From a virus (lineage: Duplodnaviria > Caudoviricetes), in the IMG/VR virus record IMGVR_UViG_3300023293_000036, positions 1 through 39,673 of that record: a stretch of DNA of 39,673 bases. One strand, written 5' to 3'. Within the stretch, counting starts at the first letter, position 1, and every line of letters starts with the position of its first letter. Made by a program: the position numbers and the translations under genes. Under the pieces are notes generated by a model. That model was not told the DNA's origin. It saw nothing but the letters and a program-made list of their open reading frames with translations, and did no database searches. Of the stretch, positions 19,034-28,025 are shown one piece after another.

Positions 19034-19419
19034 AAATCCAGAGAGTCAGTTACTACCTCCTCAATCTGGTTCCTAATCCAGAAGACCTCTTCGTAGAGCT
19101 CTCTAGCTTTAGCGACAGTGAGCTTAGGCTTCTCCCCGCCATATGTAATGTCCCAAGCCTTAGTTGTCTTGGCTAGAACCTCCAGCGTAGCTTCTTCAAT
19201 ATCTGAGTAGTCAACATCCTGAGACTTGCTCTTCTGAGCCTTCTTCAGGCGCTTGCTGATCTGTTCGTGTTGGAACTTCTTGTACTCTTTAGAATGGGGC
19301 GCAAGAATAGTAATTGTCATATTCGTGTCATCATCATTCTTTAGTACATCTCCTGTTGTCGGATGCTTGATCTCAACAACAACGTCATCTAAATTAGGGG
19401 TCAGGTCTTTTAAGTCCAT
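19021..19419 (-). CDS. Tail assembly chaperone (lambda G-like)
   Basis: 132 aa, between tail tube and TMP; ends SLDFMKV over the slippery heptamer. Confidence 0.8.
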   Translation of the reverse strand: MDLKDLTPNLDDVVVEIKHPTTGDVLKNDDDTNMTITILAPHSKEYKKFQHEQISKRLKKAQKSKSQDVDYSDIEEATLEVLAKTTKAWDITYGGEKPKLTVAKARELYEEVFWIRNQIEEVVTDSLDFMKV

Positions 19420-19445
19420 GTCGGAGTTCCTTTTCGGGGAGGTTA

Positions 19446-19511
19446 TGTCGGGTTGATTAACGTGGAGACCCCTGACCCGACTCAGGGGCCTCCACTACCT
19501 TAGCTAAGGTA
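19446..19511 (-). ncRNA. Structured intergenic leader: 14-bp hairpin with pseudoknot-capable loop, plus a 16-bp palindrome
   Basis: mRNA GUGGAGGCCCCUGA-GUCGGG-UCAGGGGUCUCCAC, where the single non-WC position is G.U only on the sense strand. The loop complements downstream CCCGAC. TACCTTAGCTAAGGTA at 19496-19511. Confidence 0.55.
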
Positions 19512-19519
19512 TTACGTTA

Positions 19520-20431
19520 TCACGATGGGCGTGTAATCTTAAGGTTAGTTTCTTCTGTCGTGTCGTATAGGGCTACGAATGACATAGAGATCATACGGCT
19601 CGTTGGACCATCGACACCAACGTCAGCAGAGTTAATTTTTACTCGTGGGAACTGAAACGTATAGGAGTTAGCACCTGTAGGGTCGTCTACAGATACTTCA
19701 ATCTCAGTCTCAGTTTCATTGAGGAAACGGTTGATGAGAGAAGCATCCTCGAAGTAAGCTGTCAGGGTGCCTTCAACGTCTGCACGACCATACTCAAGTG
19801 AGGGTGCGCTATCATCGCCAATGACGAAGGTAGGTGCATATGAGTTGTTCAAGGTGAAGTCTAGTGCAGTTACGATAGCTACCGCAGAACCTGCACCTAC
19901 GTTACCGATGGAAATGTCACCTGAGTAAGCATCAAATGGTGCAGCGCCAGAGGCAGCAGTCTGTGTCTTCTCTGTGGCACCTATGGTCATGTCCTTACCA
20001 ACCATACCAAAGGTAGTTGTTACCATCTGGTTAGGAGCAAGGGATATACCCATAGTGGAAACTGACAAGCCTGTAAACAAACGAGCTTGATCTATGTCAG
20101 CAGCGTAATCTTCCACTGAGATAAACTTTGGTGTTACCCCAACCTTAAGCACGTTAGTGGCCCAAGTGTTAAGCATAGCTGATTCAAGCAGTACATCAAA
20201 GTCTCCATCACGAAGGTCAACTACAATGTCTCCCCCTACCTGACGGTTACCTTGGCGGTTAACTCTACCCATACGGTCAGCTTGAATGTCAGTTCCAGCA
20301 AGAACGTCTTTGGTTAGGTTTAAAGAGTGGGTGCTGAAGGGAAGGTTAGCAAAACTTCCAGCGGGTGTTGTACCGAAAGTTGCTTCGGTTATAAATGATA
20401 GACTGGAACGTGATCCTTGTGCAAAGGCCAT
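19520..20431 (-). CDS. Major tail tube protein
   Basis: MAFAQGSRSSL..ITEATFGTTP, GTLTAYFED, YTFQFPRVK; 303 aa; synteny. Confidence 0.85.
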   Translation of the reverse strand: MAFAQGSRSSLSFITEATFGTTPAGSFANLPFSTHSLNLTKDVLAGTDIQADRMGRVNRQGNRQVGGDIVVDLRDGDFDVLLESAMLNTWATNVLKVGVTPKFISVEDYAADIDQARLFTGLSVSTMGISLAPNQMVTTTFGMVGKDMTIGATEKTQTAASGAAPFDAYSGDISIGNVGAGSAVAIVTALDFTLNNSYAPTFVIGDDSAPSLEYGRADVEGTLTAYFEDASLINRFLNETETEIEVSVDDPTGANSYTFQFPRVKINSADVGVDGPTSRMISMSFVALYDTTEETNLKITRPS

Positions 20432-20452
20432 GTTATATTCTCCTGTGGAAAG

Positions 20453-20953
20453 TTATTTATAAATGTTGGATTTAGATAAGTTGAGGTCAGCCCGTAAAAC
20501 CCGTAAGTTCTCTGGTACATGCAGTCCACAGACGTTCTCCCCGCGTAGGGGTATGATGTGATCTACATGATAATCTAAACCTGTCGCATCTCTTATTGTC
20601 TGCGCCAACTTATAAGTTCTTTTGATGTGAGCCTTTTGAGAGTCGGTTAGCCAAGAGGGGGTGGCTCTTTTTACATGGGCTTTTCTTTGTGACGCATAAA
20701 ATCTCTTGTACTCTGGGTTTCTCTTATTGTATTCCCTAGAGGGTTTATTAACGTCTCTACCACCAGCTCTTCGTTTAGCAACAGACTTCTTTTGAGTTTT
20801 TGCTCGTTGCTCAGTGTTGTTGCGATAGTAATCTGAGTGATAATCTGCGGAACAATTTAAGCATTTATGCGTGACCCCATAATTACACCTAGAGTTCTTA
20901 GTAAAACTATCAAGTGGCTTTTCTACCCCGCAGGTTTTACATACCCTAAGCAT
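20453..20953 (-). CDS. HNH homing endonuclease with N-terminal CxxC zinc ribbon
   Basis: CKTC...CLNC; YHVDHIIPLRGENVCGLHVPENLRVLRADLNLSKSN. Start MLRVCK at 20953. Confidence 0.88.
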   Translation of the reverse strand: MLRVCKTCGVEKPLDSFTKNSRCNYGVTHKCLNCSADYHSDYYRNNTEQRAKTQKKSVAKRRAGGRDVNKPSREYNKRNPEYKRFYASQRKAHVKRATPSWLTDSQKAHIKRTYKLAQTIRDATGLDYHVDHIIPLRGENVCGLHVPENLRVLRADLNLSKSNIYK

Positions 20954-21368
20954 AAATGTACCATCCGATGTTGATCGGAACAAAGTACCAAGGACTATCT
21001 ATCATCCCTTGCTGACGTTCAGCGTAGTCAATAGACACTATGATTGTTTCTGTATCACCATTCGTAAATGAGATATCAGTAGTTGCTGCGAAGGCGTCTA
21101 TCACTTTGTTAGTATAGTCGTCTGCGGTAGCTGGGCCTTGACCTTCGGGGGCGAAGACTGTGACGGAAAAGACACCTTGGTATCTCAACTGTGGGTTTAA
21201 GCCCCTTACAGCGGGTTTGTTAACTGTCGGGAGGTATTGCACCTTAATGAAGCTAGTGCCTGTTGTAGGCTCAAAGGCTACGTTCTCATAGGCTATGGAA
21301 GGGAGACCTGATGTTGTCGATAGCTTGCTCTCAAGTGCAGCCCGAATATCGTTGTGAATACTAGCCAT
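20946..21368 (-). CDS. Tail terminator / completion protein
   Basis: IAYENVAFEP, YQGVFSVTVFAPEGQG; position before the tail tube gene. Confidence 0.7.
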   Translation of the reverse strand: MASIHNDIRAALESKLSTTSGLPSIAYENVAFEPTTGTSFIKVQYLPTVNKPAVRGLNPQLRYQGVFSVTVFAPEGQGPATADDYTNKVIDAFAATTDISFTNGDTETIIVSIDYAERQQGMIDSPWYFVPINIGWYIYA

Positions 21369-21780
21369 AGATATTCCTTACCTGTGCAAAAACTTTATAC
21401 CCAGCCCTTCTCCAAGTTGGCCCACCGTTCTCTACATCAGAGGCGTGAGGTGAGCCATTCCTGAGTTGGACGCTTGCCGTACTCTTTAGGTCAATTTTGT
21501 TGATGTCTGTGAGGAGGTTCTGAAAGCCCTCTTGCATCTTCTGTTGTGGGTTCTGCTTCTTAGGCTTATTGTCAGAAGATTTACCCCTTGGACGACCCGC
21601 TCCAGTAGTAAAAGAGAAGGATGTTACATATGCACCAGTATCAACAGGGGAGAAACTAACGGCACTTTGAGCTATAGAGATCAATTCCTCTTTGACTGCA
21701 TCCTCAACAATGTCCTCTAGGTGTTCCATCTTCTTGTAGAACGAAGCGTTAACTTTGACAAACTGATTTTGTGCCTTCAT
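21361..21780 (-). CDS. Neck/tail-completion protein (HK97 gp10-like)
   Basis: SPVDTGAY motif, N..PHA..VE.G. Confidence 0.7.
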   Translation of the reverse strand: MKAQNQFVKVNASFYKKMEHLEDIVEDAVKEELISIAQSAVSFSPVDTGAYVTSFSFTTGAGRPRGKSSDNKPKKQNPQQKMQEGFQNLLTDINKIDLKSTASVQLRNGSPHASDVENGGPTWRRAGYKVFAQVRNIYG

Positions 21781-21784
21781 GTTT

Positions 21785-22144
21785 CTACTCCCCTACGTCA
21801 CAGATATAGCCTACGGCAGTACCAGCGGAAAATAACGACATAACTGACTTGATCTTAACTGTGTCACCACTGCCTACAATCAGGTCATCAAAGTCAGGGA
21901 CAGCAGCTAAACCTAAAGCTGATATAACGCACTTACGAGTTCCACGAACAACCTCATCGTTTCCAGCTATAACCCCTGCATTATAATTATAGAGGTAAGC
22001 TGTGATACTGTAGTCGGTTGTAGCTGAGTTATCTATGGCACCTGTAGCTGGGTTATAATCTCCAGCCGTTGTAACCTTACGCAGAGTTAGGGTTTCCCCA
22101 AAGTCTCTAATAAGATTAAGCATATCAAAGGAGCGAAATGACAT
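21785..22144 (-). CDS. Head closure / stopper protein
   Basis: FGETLTLRK...YNPATG; 119 aa; synteny. Confidence 0.6.
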   Translation of the reverse strand: MSFRSFDMLNLIRDFGETLTLRKVTTAGDYNPATGAIDNSATTDYSITAYLYNYNAGVIAGNDEVVRGTRKCVISALGLAAVPDFDDLIVGSGDTVKIKSVMSLFSAGTAVGYICDVGE

Positions 22145-22154
22145 ATCTTACTCC

Positions 22155-22610
22155 TTATTCGTATTCAGGTGTTTGGTAGCTTGGTGGGTTCTTAAATCTA
22201 TCTCTGCGGAAGGAGCCTTCGATACGGTTAGTATTAGCCCGTACAGCCTCAACGGTACTCTTCGTGATACCTCCGGCTAGGACACCCACCGAAGCACCTG
22301 CGGTCTTACCTTGGTACTCTAGGTTATCTGCTAGTGTCTTGTACTGCTTGGCTAGGTCTGAGTAGTCAGCACTCAAGGCACCACTTATTTGTGTCGTTAC
22401 CTGTCGGGAGTATTTAGAGGCAATGACACGAGCAACCCAAGCTCCAGAGTAATATACGTTATTACCGTTCTCACCCAGTGCAAAAGTAATCTCTTCGTTC
22501 TGAACCTGTTGGTCAACCGTATCGGTATCTCCAACTAACAGACGTACTGTGTTGAGACGACCTGAGGCCGTGGTGGTGTCTAAGTCTGTAGGATCGTAAG
22601 ACCATGCCAT
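22155..22610 (-). CDS. Head-tail adaptor protein
   Basis: VRLLVGDTD...QNEEI..AL motif; synteny after MCP. Confidence 0.65.
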   Translation of the reverse strand: MAWSYDPTDLDTTTASGRLNTVRLLVGDTDTVDQQVQNEEITFALGENGNNVYYSGAWVARVIASKYSRQVTTQISGALSADYSDLAKQYKTLADNLEYQGKTAGASVGVLAGGITKSTVEAVRANTNRIEGSFRRDRFKNPPSYQTPEYE

Positions 22611-22630
22611 GTAAGTCGTCTCCGTTGTTA

Positions 22631-23056
22631 TTACTCTGCGAGAACCTTATCTCGTATGTCGTAGAAGTCTTCCGTAATCCAGCGATTAGCATTAAGGAAG
22701 CGTCTGATAAGGCCACGTTGTTTGTCGTCAACCCTAGACTTCTTACACTTCTTAGCTTCAAACTCTGAACTACTAGAGGTTCTACTCTTAACCTCTACGT
22801 TTAGCAGGTTCACTAGGCTTTCTAGTTCCTTGCCAGCTAGTTCAGACAGTCGATCTCCAACTTTAGTCTGAACTTCTAATTCTACATTGTGATACAAATA
22901 ACCAGAGACGTACAGCGAAGCTACTTTATCTTGCTCTAGGCTTCGTTCTAACCAGTTAAAATGATCTCCACGTTTCCAATTCTTGCCATTGGCAGAAAGA
23001 GGTATTTTAATAAAGACAGGCCAATCGACCTGCCAACCCAAGTATGTGGGGTGCAT
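22631..23056 (-). CDS. Hypothetical virion-region protein (141 aa)
   Basis: GGAG RBS; located between MCP and the adaptor gene. Confidence 0.7.
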   Translation of the reverse strand: MHPTYLGWQVDWPVFIKIPLSANGKNWKRGDHFNWLERSLEQDKVASLYVSGYLYHNVELEVQTKVGDRLSELAGKELESLVNLLNVEVKSRTSSSSEFEAKKCKKSRVDDKQRGLIRRFLNANRWITEDFYDIRDKVLAE

Positions 23057-23100
23057 AGGGACTCTCCATTATATGAATACTGTTATGTTCTATTATAGTT

Positions 23101-23134
23101 GGGTGAAACCCCAAGCCTAAGCTCAGGGTTTCCC
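23101..23134 (-). terminator. Stem-loop after MCP (terminator or stabilising hairpin)
   Basis: GAAACCCUGAGC-UUAG-GCUUGGGGUUUC with G.U pairs on the sense strand; no strong U-tract. Confidence 0.55.
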
Positions 23135-23154
23135 GTTAGTGTAGTAAGCTAGAC

Positions 23155-24156
23155 TTACTGTACGATTGCTGAGAAGAAGTAACCTAAGTCAGCGCCTGTG
23201 ACTTTCATGTCATAGGACATTTTAACTTGGATATGTTCTGCAACCTGTTGACGCTTAAGAGCATCGTCAGAGTATGATTCAACAGTAATACCGAGGTTGT
23301 TTACGCCGGGAATTGAGTTCCATGCGAATGTCAAACCAGCAGCAGGGGTCATTAGACCAGCGCCACGGGGTGCGTGTACCAACAGAGCGTTTTTACCACC
23401 GATAAAGGCAGAAGATTCTGCCAGACCTTCAGCAGCAGTGTTCTCTACAGCTTCCATGACGAAGAAGTTCTCTACGCCAAAGATTTCTGCCAGTTTACCG
23501 TCTGTTATCAATGCAGGGTTGTTGATGGTAGAACCACCATTCAAACGTGCAAGGATATCTGGGTGGTTAACCAAGATGTCACGAACTTCTTTACCAACAA
23601 CCATTGTGTTTGGTTTGAAGCCGCCAGAAGTCAACTGCATAGTACGAGCACCAACAGTAACGTCTGAGATTGGTGTTGAGTTAGTGTAGTCGTTCCAGTA
23701 GACTGGAGTACCAACACCATTAGCTGCACCAGCAGCATCTGTTGTCCAGACACCAGATTGGAAGAACGTGTCAGCAAACTGCTTTTCACGATGGATCAAC
23801 AAGCGAGTTGTCAATGTCTGTGCGCCAGCAGAGCGAATTTCCAACATTGCATCTTCGTTAGCAAGAGTTTGCTCATCGAAGTCCATGCCAAGACCATAAA
23901 CGTCTGCATAGTATGAGGAGTTGGAGATTGCCATACCAATACGATTTACTTCGGTACGTGGAGCTAGTTTCTTAACATCACCTGAGCGATTCATGTTCGC
24001 ACGGTCATAGATGTAGTATTTGTCAGACTGACGTGCAACACCTACAGTAGGGAACACTTTGTCAGCTACAAAACTAGCTTGGTCTTGTACAAATGCCAGC
24101 GTCAAGTTAGACAACGGCTGGTCGATATGTACTTGTGAGGGAGTTAATAGAGGCAT
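23155..24156 (-). CDS. Major capsid protein
   Basis: 333 aa; HIDQPLSNL, FVADKVFPTVGV, KPNTMVVG, GADLGYFF; position after scaffold and decoration genes; AAGGA RBS. Confidence 0.88.
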   Translation of the reverse strand: MPLLTPSQVHIDQPLSNLTLAFVQDQASFVADKVFPTVGVARQSDKYYIYDRANMNRSGDVKKLAPRTEVNRIGMAISNSSYYADVYGLGMDFDEQTLANEDAMLEIRSAGAQTLTTRLLIHREKQFADTFFQSGVWTTDAAGAANGVGTPVYWNDYTNSTPISDVTVGARTMQLTSGGFKPNTMVVGKEVRDILVNHPDILARLNGGSTINNPALITDGKLAEIFGVENFFVMEAVENTAAEGLAESSAFIGGKNALLVHAPRGAGLMTPAAGLTFAWNSIPGVNNLGITVESYSDDALKRQQVAEHIQVKMSYDMKVTGADLGYFFSAIVQ

Positions 24157-24180
24157 TATGTTATTCCTTTAAATGCTGGG

Positions 24181-24552
24181 TTAGGCTGCTACGTTGCCAC
24201 CTTGGATCATTTCCATTTCGATGACTTGACCGTCTACACCAGATTCACGGGCGTATCCAAGTATTACATCACCAGTTGCAGCGAGAAGTGCGTCACCAGC
24301 GGCATCTGTTTGCAAAGCATCACCAGAGGTAATAGTTCCACCAGCAGTTACCATTACGGAGCCAGAAACACATACGGTTACAGCGTTACCAGCGGTAGAG
24401 CCAGCAAGACATACGCCCATAGCGTTTTCACCAGCAGAGTCAGCAAGGTCAACTTGACCATCTGCTTCAAGAGTTACGAATTTGAATTGTGCTGCGGAAA
24501 GGTCTTCCCCAGCGATAAAAGTGCGGTTGTCGCGTGATTGCATAACAGCCAT
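24181..24552 (-). CDS. Capsid decoration/cement protein
   Basis: Gly/Ala-rich 123 aa protein (AGGTITSGDALQTDAAG) directly upstream of MCP. Confidence 0.7.
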   Translation of the reverse strand: MAVMQSRDNRTFIAGEDLSAAQFKFVTLEADGQVDLADSAGENAMGVCLAGSTAGNAVTVCVSGSVMVTAGGTITSGDALQTDAAGDALLAATGDVILGYARESGVDGQVIEMEMIQGGNVAA

Positions 24553-24554
24553 GA

Positions 24555-25418
24555 TTATTCCCCTTTATAGGATTTATTGATGAGTGCCCTGCCTTCATCG
24601 GTCTTAGCTACAGCAGCATAAGCCTTGGCGAACTCACTCTTTTTCAGTTGGTTATCGTCCATGTAGGACTTTACGAGAGCATCCAGTTTATCGGCAGAGG
24701 TAGCGAACTCGCCATCTACATCGGACTTACCAAATTCTTGCATGGAAGCTGCAAAAGCTGCATCAGCGGCCTTCAACATCACCATAATTGCTTCATCTTC
24801 TGAGAATGACTTCAGAAGTGTCTTAGCTGCACCAGCTTCAAAGTGTGGCAGAACTTCATCTGCACTCTTAGTCAACGCAAGGTCAGCTTTCTCTAGTTCA
24901 TGTTCGCGCTTGGCTACTTCAGCAGCCTCAAGTGCTTTCAGGACTGGGGCTGGGATGTCGCTTTTAGCAACCATCTCACCGCTGATGTCCATCATTTCCT
25001 CTTCCGCCTTCTTCTCAATCGAATCAGCACGAATAACGTACCCATTGTCGATAAGACCTTTGCGGAGATGTTGGTTTTCCTCAGAAAGACGTTCAACGTC
25101 AGCTTTAAGGGCCTCAACGTCAACTTCAGGGGCTTCTACAGCTTCAACTTCAGGGGCAGCTTTCTCAGCAACCTCTTCCACAGCTTCATCAGCCTTTTCC
25201 ATGCCCATGTCGTAGTTAAGAGCTTTCATAGCTTCACCACGACCACAGCCTTTGTCTTCCATGTACGCCTTAACTTTGGCTTCCATTTCTTCACTCATTT
25301 TAGTAATTTCCTCATTGGAATTGTCACGCTTGAAGAGGCTAACCATTGCCTGAGCATTGGCAGGACGATCCACAAGGGAAAGTTCTTCAAGGTGCAAGTT
25401 TTTCAGGAGATTAGGCAA
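24555..25418 (-). CDS. Scaffold protein carrying the protease ELSLVDRPAN segment at its N-terminus
   Basis: TTG start after AAGGAGG; LHLEELSLVDRPAN followed by a long acidic helical region. Confidence 0.7.
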   Translation of the reverse strand: MPNLLKNLHLEELSLVDRPANAQAMVSLFKRDNSNEEITKMSEEMEAKVKAYMEDKGCGRGEAMKALNYDMGMEKADEAVEEVAEKAAPEVEAVEAPEVDVEALKADVERLSEENQHLRKGLIDNGYVIRADSIEKKAEEEMMDISGEMVAKSDIPAPVLKALEAAEVAKREHELEKADLALTKSADEVLPHFEAGAAKTLLKSFSEDEAIMVMLKAADAAFAASMQEFGKSDVDGEFATSADKLDALVKSYMDDNQLKKSEFAKAYAAVAKTDEGRALINKSYKGE

Positions 25419-25419
25419 G

Positions 25420-25818
25420 TTAGATTTCCTCCTTAATAGCACGTCCACCTATAGAGAACGCAGCGAGTTCACCAGATTTGACCATAGCCCAGACATCATC
25501 ATCGAATACTTTGTAAGCGACAACCCACCCTTCACGATCAGACTGGATACCAAGAGCATCACCAATTTCTTTAGTGATAGGAAGGGAATGTACAACGACA
25601 CCCACTTGATCTCCAACGTGCATAGCCTTGCCGACCCGCACATGCTCCATAAATTCATTAACAGCTTTAACAAGTGTGCCGACTTCGATTACGTCACCTT
25701 GACGATCTACTACAGCTTCACCATTTTCTGTAACTACAGAAGCCCACCCATAGACCATACGTTGTTCATCGTCAGCCTTAAGGATTTTACCTTCTATATT
25801 CTTTAACAAAGTTCCCAT
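25420..25818 (-). CDS. XkdF-like prohead serine protease domain
   Basis: QRMVYGWASV, VDRQGD, AMH (His), GELAAFSIGG (Ser). Confidence 0.8.
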   Translation of the reverse strand: MGTLLKNIEGKILKADDEQRMVYGWASVVTENGEAVVDRQGDVIEVGTLVKAVNEFMEHVRVGKAMHVGDQVGVVVHSLPITKEIGDALGIQSDREGWVVAYKVFDDDVWAMVKSGELAAFSIGGRAIKEEI

Positions 25819-26138
25819 TAGTTTAACTCTCTTGTAATGACCAAAGGTAAGTTACCAGTATTGGGGAAGGTTTCGATGCTGCTATCTGAGTATGTAACCT
25901 CAAACTCAACGTAGTATGTACCAACGTCAGAGGTATCACCCGTCTGCCAATCATATTGAACAACACCACCAGTGGAATTAGTGATTGTCATCTGTTGATC
26001 AAGAACTACAACTCCTCCAATAGCCTTCATATGAAGCATCACAGTAGCAGCGGTAATGTCCACAGGGACAAGATTAGCATCTGACAGTGTTGCCTCAAGG
26101 GAGGGGGATGTGTCATTCTGTTTAATTATAAATGCCAT
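25818..26138 (-). CDS. BppU N-terminal-like / Ig-like fibre-attachment protein (106 aa)
   Basis: IKQNDTSP, GVVQYDW..GDT...GTYYVEFEVTY...ETFP. Confidence 0.6.
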   Translation of the reverse strand: MAFIIKQNDTSPSLEATLSDANLVPVDITAATVMLHMKAIGGVVVLDQQMTITNSTGGVVQYDWQTGDTSDVGTYYVEFEVTYSDSSIETFPNTGNLPLVITRELN

Positions 26139-27544
26139 TACGCTGCCCTATTTTGACTATTGTTAAACTTAGCGGTGTTTTCTGCTTTAGATAATGTAGC
26201 AATGTTATCTGAATTAGCTGTAACTGATACCACTCGCCTTTCAGACCCGTTAATTGCAGATTGACCAACAACAGGGACGCCAGTTGTAATCCCTACGCCA
26301 GCAAAGATGTGTGTCTCAACCATGACTGTAGTGGAAACAGAGGGCTGACCAGTGGTTATATTATCGCCAACTAAAGTTTCATCTTCAAACGCTGATATAG
26401 ATGGGACAGAAGGTTGACCAGTGGTTATACCATCAATGGAAATAACGTGATTCTGACCGATGCTTGATACTTGTACAGTAGCTGGCTCTGTGTTGATGTT
26501 GTTGGCTGTCAGGTTGTGTATCTGAACTAAAACCTCTGATCCTAAAACAGGCTGACCAGTGGTTATACCATCAATCGACAGGTCGTGATCTTGATCAAGG
26601 CTTGATGAACCAACCGAGGGGGTTCCAGTGGAAATAGGGTCAGCATTAAGGGTTTCACGCTCTGACATCGTAATGCTAAGGACAATAGGAGCGCCAGTTG
26701 TAATAGATGAAAGCGTAAGATCATGTTCTTGAGTTACACTTGAGGAACCTACTGCAGGTTGGCCTGTAGTAATAGCTGAAAGCGTAAGATCATGCTCTTG
26801 AGCTACACTTGAAGAACCTATTGTAGGTTGGCCTGTAGTAATAGCTGAAAGCGTAAGATCATGCTCTTGAGCTACACTTGAAGAACCTATTGTAGGTTGG
26901 CCTGTAGTAATAGTTGAAAGCGTAAGATCATGCTCTTGAGCTACACTTGAGGAACCTACTGTAGGTTGACCTGTAGTAATAGTTGAAAGCGTAAGATCAT
27001 GCTCTTGAGCTACACTTGAGGAACCTACTGTAGGTTGACCTGTAGTAATAGTTGAAAGCGTAAGATCATGCTCTTGATCTACACTTGAGGGACCTACTGT
27101 AGGTTGACCTGTAGTAATACCAACGCCGATCAAAACATGTATTTCAGAAATAGTTGCTTGGCTAAGAACAGGCTGGCCTGTAACTATATTTTCGCCAACA
27201 AATGTTTCATCCTCTGCCATGTTTATTGCTGGCACAACAGGTTGGCCCGTAGTGATGCCAACAATAGCTATAGCTTGATTTTGAGTAATGGCTGAGGAAC
27301 CAACTGTAGGCTGGCCTGTGACTATGTTGTCGCCAGCCAAGGCATTGACTTGAGAAACCGTTGCCGCGCCCACGACAGGCTGTCCTGTAGTAATGCCAAC
27401 GCCAGACAGGGATTGAACCTGCGTGATGGCAGAAGAACCCAAGACAGGTTGGCCTGTAGTAATATTAACCCCCGTCAGGAGGAAAATGATTTCTGCCCCA
27501 TCATCTGCAAGAGCGGAGGAGGCTAGAGGGGAAAGACCTAGCAT
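26138..27544 (-). CDS. Virion protein with 18 tandem 23-aa repeats (ITTGQP...)
   Basis: 468 aa; 18 ITTGQP-type units counted in the translation. Confidence 0.8.
   Translation of the reverse strand: MLGLSPLASSALADDGAEIIFLLTGVNITTGQPVLGSSAITQVQSLSGVGITTGQPVVGAATVSQVNALAGDNIVTGQPTVGSSAITQNQAIAIVGITTGQPVVPAINMAEDETFVGENIVTGQPVLSQATISEIHVLIGVGITTGQPTVGPSSVDQEHDLTLSTITTGQPTVGSSSVAQEHDLTLSTITTGQPTVGSSSVAQEHDLTLSTITTGQPTIGSSSVAQEHDLTLSAITTGQPTIGSSSVAQEHDLTLSAITTGQPAVGSSSVTQEHDLTLSSITTGAPIVLSITMSERETLNADPISTGTPSVGSSSLDQDHDLSIDGITTGQPVLGSEVLVQIHNLTANNINTEPATVQVSSIGQNHVISIDGITTGQPSVPSISAFEDETLVGDNITTGQPSVSTTVMVETHIFAGVGITTGVPVVGQSAINGSERRVVSVTANSDNIATLSKAENTAKFNNSQNRAA
26697..27117 (-). repeat. Six near-identical 69-bp tandem repeats
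   Basis: aagcgtaagatcatg recurs every 69 bp (QEHDLTLS units). Confidence 0.9.
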
Positions 27545-27611
27545 ATTATGTGGCCTCCTTTGGCTGCAGCATTGTCAGTGTGGCTCCACCTGTAGCACAG
27601 GCGGCGTGTTT

Positions 27612-28025
27612 TTACTCAGGCTTAGTGGGCCAAGTAATGTCAGTTGGAAAGCCAGCCTGCTGTGGGACACCTAGTAGGGCTGTCCTGTATGTAGCCCACT
27701 CAGCTTGTTTAGCTGCGGTAAGGTCTGCCCAGCGGAGTGCATTGCCTGCGACAGCATCAACCTCAAGTAACAGTTGGTCACGTTCACTGCGTACCTGTGC
27801 CGCTGCTGTTGCTGCTATTTCTTCAGCAGTTGGTGCAACGTAGGCTGCGAAGTCTGTACCAATTAGAGCCATGATTGCATCGTTGTTGACCGTCATGTCG
27901 GTGTCACTTGGGTCTAGTGTGTAAGGTATCCAGCCGTAGTGTGGATGGTTAATCTCTACATCCATACGAAGGTTGTCAGCCTGTAGAGATGCCGCATTAC
28001 GGACTTCTGTAATTGTAATAGTCAT
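27612..28025 (-). CDS. Tail fibre assembly chaperone (copy 2)
   Basis: Clear paralogue of 11066-11479 (same 137-aa length, long identical tracts). Confidence 0.8.
   Translation of the reverse strand: MTITITEVRNAASLQADNLRMDVEINHPHYGWIPYTLDPSDTDMTVNNDAIMALIGTDFAAYVAPTAEEIAATAAAQVRSERDQLLLEVDAVAGNALRWADLTAAKQAEWATYRTALLGVPQQAGFPTDITWPTKPE

Noticed and set aside
25416-25448. Programmed frameshift fusing protease and scaffold
   Set aside because: No slippery heptamer is evident, and a strong AAGGAGG precedes a TTG start, so independent initiation is simpler. A fusion is not formally excluded.
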